A stretch of DNA of 64,000 nt from Phaeosaccion multiseriatum (lineage: Eukaryota > Protista > Ochrophyta, other classes): positions 1,736,001 through 1,800,000 of the forward strand of contig OZ218959.1 of the NCBI GenBank assembly GCA_965112735.1. Reading direction: 5' to 3'. Below, in pieces: positions 56,593-64,000 of this stretch. The stretch's first letter is position 1. Every line of letters begins with the position of its first letter. The translations under genes were made by a program, and so were the position numbers. The notes beneath the pieces were generated by a model, which did no database searches, had not been told where the DNA came from, and saw nothing but the letters and a program-made list of their open reading frames with translations.

Positions 56593-59500
56593 TCAGTCGA
56601 GGAAGAGAATGGTATGATCGGGGAAGCCCAAGTCCTTAAGATGCTCGTTCATGCTCTGTGGAGTCATAAATGCAGGGAGGAGGAGGGAGGAGGAGGGAGG
56701 AGGAGGAGGGAGGGTGGGGCATGAGAGCATGAAGCGGAAGAGCAGGCGACCACGCGCAAACACAGAGACAGAGAGCGCGAAAGCAACCCCGCATGCTTCG
56801 CGAGCAGCGGCTGAAGCAAGCCCCTCTTGCTTCGCGAGTAGCGAGGAATAATGGAAAAAGCAACCGCAGCAAGCCGCAGACAGACAGAGAGGAAACGAAT
56901 CAAGACTGGGAAAAGAGAGGAAGAAGACGAACAAGAAGGGGTGAATCCCTCCCTGCCTCTAGTCACTTACGTCAGCAAAGGGGGGCGGACCCGAGACGAT
57001 AATCACCGTGTTGCGGGAGTGCTGCTCCGGCTCGGGGACCGTCGAGTCCTCCCTCTCCTCCCTCTCCGCCTCCTCCCCGAGACGGCCGGACAAGAGGCGT
57101 CGCATATGCCTCTGCACATCTGTGTTGTCGCTTGCCATGTCGCGCATGAGTAGCGATCGGAGGATAGTGGTCGCCTCTTTGCCCAGACCCGGTTTGTTGC
57201 CGACGTCCAAGGCACCCAACAGAGAGTCAATCTTGGCAAGTTGCTCCTTCTCCGGCAGCTTCCTTAGCATGCTGTCGTGGTGTTTCTCCCACTCGAGCCC
57301 CTCCAAGGGCTTGGCAAGCATGTTGGCAAGGTGGTCCTACGGGAGAAGCGCCATTTGTTGGCGTTGTTGTTTGTGTTGACAGAAGGTTGACGGGATGCAA
57401 GACAACGCGCTTGTTAGGGCCAAGAGGAGAGGCGGGGTAGCTGTTCAGTGTTGGGGGGGAAAGGAGGGAAGGGGACGCGTAACCGTAGATACCGGGCGCA
57501 CGCACGCACGCACGCACGCACGCATATTCAAACGAGAAATCATAAGCTCTCCCACTTTGCCATCACTTCCGCTCCCTCACTCCCTCTCTCCTGTCCCCTT
57601 CTCTCTCTTGTCTCAGTGACGTACCCGAGAGACCCTTCCGATTGTGCATTGCTCGCGCCGCTGTTGATCCTGCTGGGCCGCTGCAACTACAGCAGCCAAC
57701 CCCTGCCCCCGGGAGGCGCCCCCTCCTTGTGGCTGCCTCTCTGGCGCCGGCGGTGGTGGCAGCGGTGGTGGCGGTGGTGGCAGGGAAGCTCTAGGCTGGG
57801 CAGAGAACAGCACGCTCTGCCCCGAGGTAGTCTCGAGCATTTGCCTGCGGCGGCTGGTGGTGCCGAGCTCGGTAGACTCTCTGGAAGGGGGTCGCGACAG
57901 AGAGAGGGAAGGAGGGTGAAACATGGGGTGGTAAGGGATGAGGGAGGTGCCACCATGTATCAGATGGCAGTGGATGGGGGGCAAACATGATCGACCTCGG
58001 CTGGAGCTTCATTTCTTACCCCTTGTGCTCTGCTGCCTTCTTCCACGCGAGTCCGAGCCGCTGGAGCTGGGGGGGTGGCGGGGGGGGGGGACTGCTGGTG
58101 CTATCGCCTGCCCCACTGACTTCCCTGCTGCGTGCCGCGGTACTGCTGCTAGTGCTGGGCACTGGGACTGCACCACTGCCTGGTCTGCTTGCTGTGACGG
58201 AATAACTGCCTGTGCTCGCGACTGTGATTGTTCCACTGCCTCCTGGCCCACTCCCTGCCCTGCTGCGTGACCCTGCCTGCTGTACGGCAGCCGTAGCCCA
58301 GGCTGATGGGACGCTGCCCGTGCTGTGGCTGTGAGGCCCACTGACCGGTTGGGGCCTCTTAAAGTCCTTGGCCTCCTCCTCCCCATGCTGCTGCTGCTGC
58401 TGTTGCTGCTGCTCCTCCTCCTCGCCTAATGCGGCTCCGCTGGTACCTGTGAAGTCCGTTCGGAAGACCGCAGGAAGGAGGGAAGAAGGCAGCCGAAGGG
58501 TGCACAATCGGAGAGGGAGCATCAGCAATCACAAGAGGGACACAAAGACGTTGATACATGAGGTAGGGCACACAGCGTAGAAGCGCACACACAAGCCTCG
58601 GACGCACGCTCTCTGTTCTCTCTGTGTCGGTCAGCCCACCGGTCTCGCCCCCTCCCGTGCCATCTCACCCCTGAGCCTGACTCGTTGCTCCTTCCTGCCC
58701 ATGGCCTCACTGACCTCTGGTACAGCTCAGCGAGCCAAAGCAGCTCGAAAGCGGTGGGGCATCCTCCGGGCTATGAGATTAGAAGCCAACAAGGAGAGGC
58801 AATCAAGCCAAGCGCGAGGGTGGGGTGGACGGCAGGGGAGTAAACGACGAGAAGTGAGGCAACAAGAAGGAGTAACGACAGACAGAGGGTCGGGCAGGGG
58901 GTCGCTCTCTTCCATCCATCCATCCAGCTATCCATCCATCCGTCCATCCATTCATCCATCCATCCATCCATCCATCCATCCATCCATCCAGCTATCCATC
59001 CATCCATCCAGCTATCCATCCATCCAGCTATCCATCCATCCATCCCTCCCTCCCTCCCTCCCTCCCTCCCTCCCTCCCTCCCTCCCTCCCTCCCTCCCTC
59101 CCTCCCTCCATCCATCCAGCTATCCATCCATCCATCCATCCATCCAGCTATATCCATCCATCCATCCATCCCTCCCTCTCTCCCTCCCTCTCTCCCTCCC
59201 TCCCTCCCTCCGTTCCTTCCTCACCATTCCACGAGCTGTCTCAAGCCCCCGATGGAGTAGCCCCCCTGCCTCTCACTTCCACTGTCCGCCCGTTTACTCC
59301 TCTCACTTGCGCTGCTCAGGCGCCTGTTCCGACTTCCACTGCTCATACGCCTGCTCCTGTGCTCGTGCGTGTCCTCCTCACTACAGAAGATAGAGTAGCG
59401 GAATGAGCCCCCGGCGTCTGTTGCCATCTCCTCGAGCTCTGCCATGCCGAACACGTCACTGCGGAAACAGAAAGCAGGGCACACAGAGAGAGAGCGCGCG

Positions 59501-60060
59501 GACACAGAAGTGGGCAGGAAGAGAAGAGATGAGAGGAGCAAAGCAGAGGTACCCTCGTCATACAAAGCTGAAAACTGAGCCCCCATATGCGCACCTACGA
59601 ACCCACTCACCCACTCACGCACTCACCCACTCACGCACGCACACAACGCACACAACGCACACAACGCACCTCCGGGACCTCGTCTGCCACAGCAGCGTGA
59701 GCGTCTCTGCAGAAGGCTCGGTTATGCTGTCCAGCAGCAACTGCTCCTCATCCGTCAGCTCCTGCTGCTCCTCCTTCTCCTCCTCCTTCTTCTCCTCCTC
59801 CTTCTTGCCCTCTTCCTTCTTCTCCACGGGCATTGGGGCTACCTGTGGAGTCGCCAGTACCCCAAGCACCCCAACCTTCGCCGACCTTGCCAGGGCCAGT
59901 GCCCACGGCCCAGGGGCTTCGCTTGGATCCTCACCTCCCCCTCTCTCTTCATCCTCCTCTTCGCCCCTCATTTCGCACTTCGTTTCGCCCTTCTCTTCAT
60001 CCTCGCTCGTGAGAGGGCTTTGTCTCCTCCGCATCCCAGAATCACTCTTGCCGCCTCCTC

Positions 60061-60097
<37 letters not shown>

Positions 60098-63000
60098 TTC
60101 TCCTTCTCCTCCTCCTCCTCCTGCTCCTCCTCCTCCCCCCCCCCCTCCTCCTCCTCCTCTGGTGCTCGCCACTGCCGCTCTCCACCGGGAGGTCGGGCTT
60201 TTCGCCTCCGCCCTTCCCGCCAACGCCCTGCTCTCCGTCGTGCTCCCCGTCGTGCTCTTAGCATTTGAGTCTCTGCGTACACCGCGCTTCTTGCGGGCAG
60301 CGATGTTGATCAGAATGTGCTGGAGCATCGGGGTGACTCCCGTGCCTGTGGAGGGATGGCAGTGGATGGGGGGTTGGAGGGGGGCGGGGCTGCATGAGAG
60401 TACGCACGCACGCACGCACGCACGCCCCCAGCGGAGAATGAAAGAACGAAGGAAGGAACGAACCAAAGAACGAACGATCGACCGAATCAATGAAGTATCG
60501 AATGCATAAATGAACAGGCACGACTGAAGGGCCTCCCTTCCTCTCCCTCACCGGCGGCGAGCATGTACACGTGGTCGGCATGGTGCTGCATTTGCGGGAC
60601 CTGAAACGGGCCCTGCACACGGATGGTGTCGTCCGCCTGAGGAACCAGTGGGTGATACAGGGCAGCAGTTGGTGATACAGCCGTCTACATGCACACCCAC
60701 TCACACCCACCCACACACACTCACCTTGAGCTCTGAGAAGGCCCTGCTCATCTGCCCTCCGGGGTATAACCGTACGTAATAGTCATAGACATCGTAGTCC
60801 TTCAGCTCCCGCCGCCGGACAGGCGTGTAGGACCTCTGAATCACAGCGCCCTTGTACACCACGCGGAACTAGGGCGGGGAGGGGGGGGTGGAAGTAGGCG
60901 CGTTGGTGATACCGGAGGGAGAGGGAGGAGGAAACGGTAAGGAAGGGGATGCAAGGGAAACAAAGGAGACCAATGAGACAGAGAGGCTGGGATATAGGGA
61001 GCCAGCCCATCATCTCTTTCGGCTATGGCAATGGTAGTGGGTGAAGTACCTTCATATACGCCCCGTTGGTGACGGCTGGCAGTCGGTCGTCCGTCCCAGA
61101 CCTGAGCGACAACTGGAGAATGGGGCTTTCTTCCTCGTTTGGCTCCGAGCTGGAGGTGCGATTGACCTGTAGCTTGCTCACCACAACACACTTGGAGAAT
61201 TGAAGCTCTTGGGCGAAGGCACGTGAGCGACGGCTCGACCGTATCCTATACACGCCGAGTAGGGTGGGGTGGGGTCGAGTGGAGTGGAGTTTACATGGGG
61301 TTTACATGGGGTTCATGGGGGTGGAGGGCGAATGGGTCAATCAGAGACGGTCAGGGAAAGGAAAGACAGAGCGGAGCAGGGCAGGGCAGGGCAGGGCAGG
61401 GCAGGGCAGGGCAGTTGGTGATACAGGGCAGGGACATACGTACTTTGCAAGGAGGCTGCGCTTGCCTTGGCCTCCCTCCTCTTCGTCGGCCTCGTCCAGG
61501 TCAACATCCGGGGCAAGCTCGTGCCTGGAGAGAAGAGCGGGATGAGGAAGGAACAGGATCCGTCAGTCTCTCACTCACGCACTCACGCACTCACGTGTAC
61601 TCACGCAGTCACTCACGCAGTCACTCACGCACGCACACACGCACGCACCCACTCCATCTCCCCTGCCCCCTCTGCCCCCCTCCCTCCTTCCCTCCCTCCC
61701 CGCACTTACCTCTCCACCCAGCCCACGACCGCCTCGTTGATGGCTGCCCACGCTGTGGCGGAGTGCCTGTGTGGGTAGTTGTAGACGCCTTGCCCCATAG
61801 CGCGCAAACCGAGAACTTCCTGCGTCACATCAAGTCCGATGCTCTCCTTCATGATGCGGCTGCCTCCGGGGTGCACCTGTGGGAGTTGGTGCGGCGGTCC
61901 TCAGTTTCAGTTTCAGTTTCAGTTTCAGTTTCAGTTTCAGTTTCAGTTTTGCTGACCTCGATCACTCGTATCGAATCGATTGTTTGTCTTACCTTCATGA
62001 ACTCTCCGATGTCGACGACCATGTCGTGTACCACCACCCACTGGGGGTGGGGGTGGGGGTGGGAGTTGATGAAGGGGAGGGAGGGGGAGGGAGGGAGGGA
62101 GGGAGGGAGGGAGGTAGGGAGGGGGAGAGGCAGGGAGAGAGGGAGGGAGGGAGGGAGGGAGGGAGGGAGGGAGGGAGGGAGGGAGGGAGGGAGGGAGGGA
62201 GGGAGGGAGGGAGGGAGGGAGGGAGGGAGGGAGGGAGGGAGGGAGGGAGGGAGGGAGGGAGGGAGGGAGGGAGGGAGGGAGAGAGGGAGGGAGGCAGGGA
62301 GGGAGGGAGGGAGGGAGAGAGGGAGGGGGAGAGGCAGGGAGAGAGGGATGGAGTGGGGCAAACAGACGCAGACACAGACACAGACACACGGACGTGGGCA
62401 GAGAAGGGACATCGATAAGACCCAAGCCAAACAGTTGGGCCGCGGGGAGGGTGTGGCGTAAGATGCGCAAAAGAAGCCACAGGGTGCCTTCGCTCACTTC
62501 GCTGCTCGTCAACCAATACTCGCGCCCCTCTCTCTCCACCCCCTCCCTCTTCTGTCTCGACCCTATACTATTTTGCCACGCACACACACACACCCACCTT
62601 CTCTCCGTTAAAGACTCTGTCGTTGAACTCCTCCCACGAGTAAGCCCTTCCCTCCATGAGAAGCTCCTCGATGATGGTGCCCCCCTTGGCCTGGCTCCGT
62701 TGGTGGCGAATCTCCTTGTGGATAAAGATGAGCACGTACGCACACGCAAAGACCCAGTACAGGTAGCTCTGTGTCGCAATAAAGGGCACAAAGGATGGTT
62801 GGGGTATGGTATGGAGGAAGAAGTAAGGAGCCATGCAGCAGAGAAGGTGGGAAGAGAACGCGAGAGCCGACCCAGCAATCGGCCGTTTCGCCATAACTCA
62901 TCAGCTAAACTGGAAGTGGAGACTGGAGACTAACAAGCGAGAGGCCAGCAGCAGGGAGGACACAGGCACACCCATGATCAGGGCAGCACCAGGGATACCA

Positions 63001-63872
63001 GGCACCACAGGAGGGGATCGATGGATGGCAGCTGATGGGGAAGGGAAGGGGCACACTGTTTCCTCTTGACCGATACAGTAGCGGCTGGCAGACAAAGGCC
63101 CAAACTGAACGGAATTGAACCCTGACTGGTATTGAAACTGCCACTGCGTACTCTCTCTCTCTCCCTGTGTACACTCTCTCACCTTCAGAGGTCCGAAGAT
63201 GTCTACATTGAGCCCGATGGAGTCCGTGCCGCTGCCGTTGTCAATGCCCTCAATGACAATGGTGCTGTCCTCAGGTGAGATGAGAGTGAGTCCGAGGTAG
63301 ACTTGGTACAGCCCCGTCACGAGCATGAGGCGGCCCATGTCTCGGTGCACAACCTTGATTGTTAAAGGTGATGATTCAGTTTGCCCATCACAAAGCAGTC
63401 AATCATGTGTGTGTGGGGGGGGGAGAGAGGAGCGGTTGGGGTCAGGCTTCTTGGCTGGGCGGGGTTCAACATCTTACATATATAGGTACGTATATAGGGT
63501 GAGGCTTAGGATTAAGTGACGCGAAGCTTAAGCCGCGGGATTAGGGTTGAGGGAAGGATGTGACCTCGGCTGAGGCTTAGGACTCGACTCGACGTACCTT
63601 GTTGACCATGTGGAAGCGACTAGTGTTGGTGCCGATCCACTTGACGCCTCTGTTCTGTATCCCCAACATGCGAATGCTTCCCGTCACAATCTGCCCAACG
63701 ATGGAGAAGAGCAAGGCGATGCCGATCTTGCCATGACGGGTTCGAAACCCTCCTCCGGACGCGGCGATGGCGCTGATGGCCAGAGGGATGGAGGCCTCAG
63801 CGACGAAGCTCGACATGACTTGGTGGATCTCGAGCCAGTTCGGCATGTTCTTGCAGTAGCGGGCCACGTACA
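56593..63872 (-). CDS. Cytochrome b561 - cytochrome b5 - FAD/NAD(P)H b5-reductase-like fusion protein; 5' end lies beyond 64000
   Basis: b561-type TM helices with His (WLEIHQ, RHGKIG, VHRDMGR). Cytochrome b5 motifs ([22 protein letters not shown]|VHPGG..IGLDVT..HS..A). FAD-binding domain (GAYMK|[24 protein letters not shown]). NAD-binding domain (MLAA|[40 protein letters not shown]|[11 protein letters not shown]). Stop at 56593-56595. Confidence 0.85.
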
Positions 63873-64000
63873 CTGGTTGGTGGTATAGGTGGGTGGGGTG
63901 GGAATGGGAATGGCAGTAGATGGCAGGTGTGTGTGTATGTGTGTACAAACAATGGCATGCGGTGGTGAAGGGGTGAGGAAGGCAGTGGATGATGGTAGGG

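Noticed and set aside
63480-63585. TTAGG/TTAGGG-like words
   Set aside because: Few, scattered and degenerate within an intron; not a telomeric array.

Overview
Eukaryotic nuclear DNA: GC-rich, intron-dense, with almost every intron packed with microsatellites. It probably comes from a flagellated protist, plausibly a stramenopile/ochrophyte (inferred from gene content, not proven). Most six-frame ORFs are repeat artefacts. Splicing by eye gives 11 genes: TRAP1/Hsp75 (-, 3' end off window), an intronless unknown ORF (+), IFT122 (+), a GT8/LARGE-like glycosyltransferase (-), a rhodanese/3-mercaptopyruvate sulfurtransferase (+), an EF-hand/WD40 WDR49-like gene (-), a FAM228-like gene (+), NAF1 (-), an ankyrin gene with a 1-nt frameshift (+), GLE1 (-), and a 5'-truncated fusion of cytochrome b561, cytochrome b5 and an FAD/NAD(P)H b5-reductase (-). 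Best leads: (1) that single-chain transmembrane redox fusion; (2) a dispersed 12-mer GTTGGTGATACA (10 exact copies) that reads V-G-D-T in three unrelated proteins but lies in the opposite sense orientation in introns; (3) a second dispersed motif CCATCCACTGCCATC, usually just upstream of 3' splice sites; (4) a 439-bp MITE with 23-bp TIRs and a 6-bp TSD; (5) structured non-repetitive islands in TRAP1 and NAF1 introns; (6) three homology-supported GC-AG introns. Exon coordinates were read manually and may be off by a few nt.
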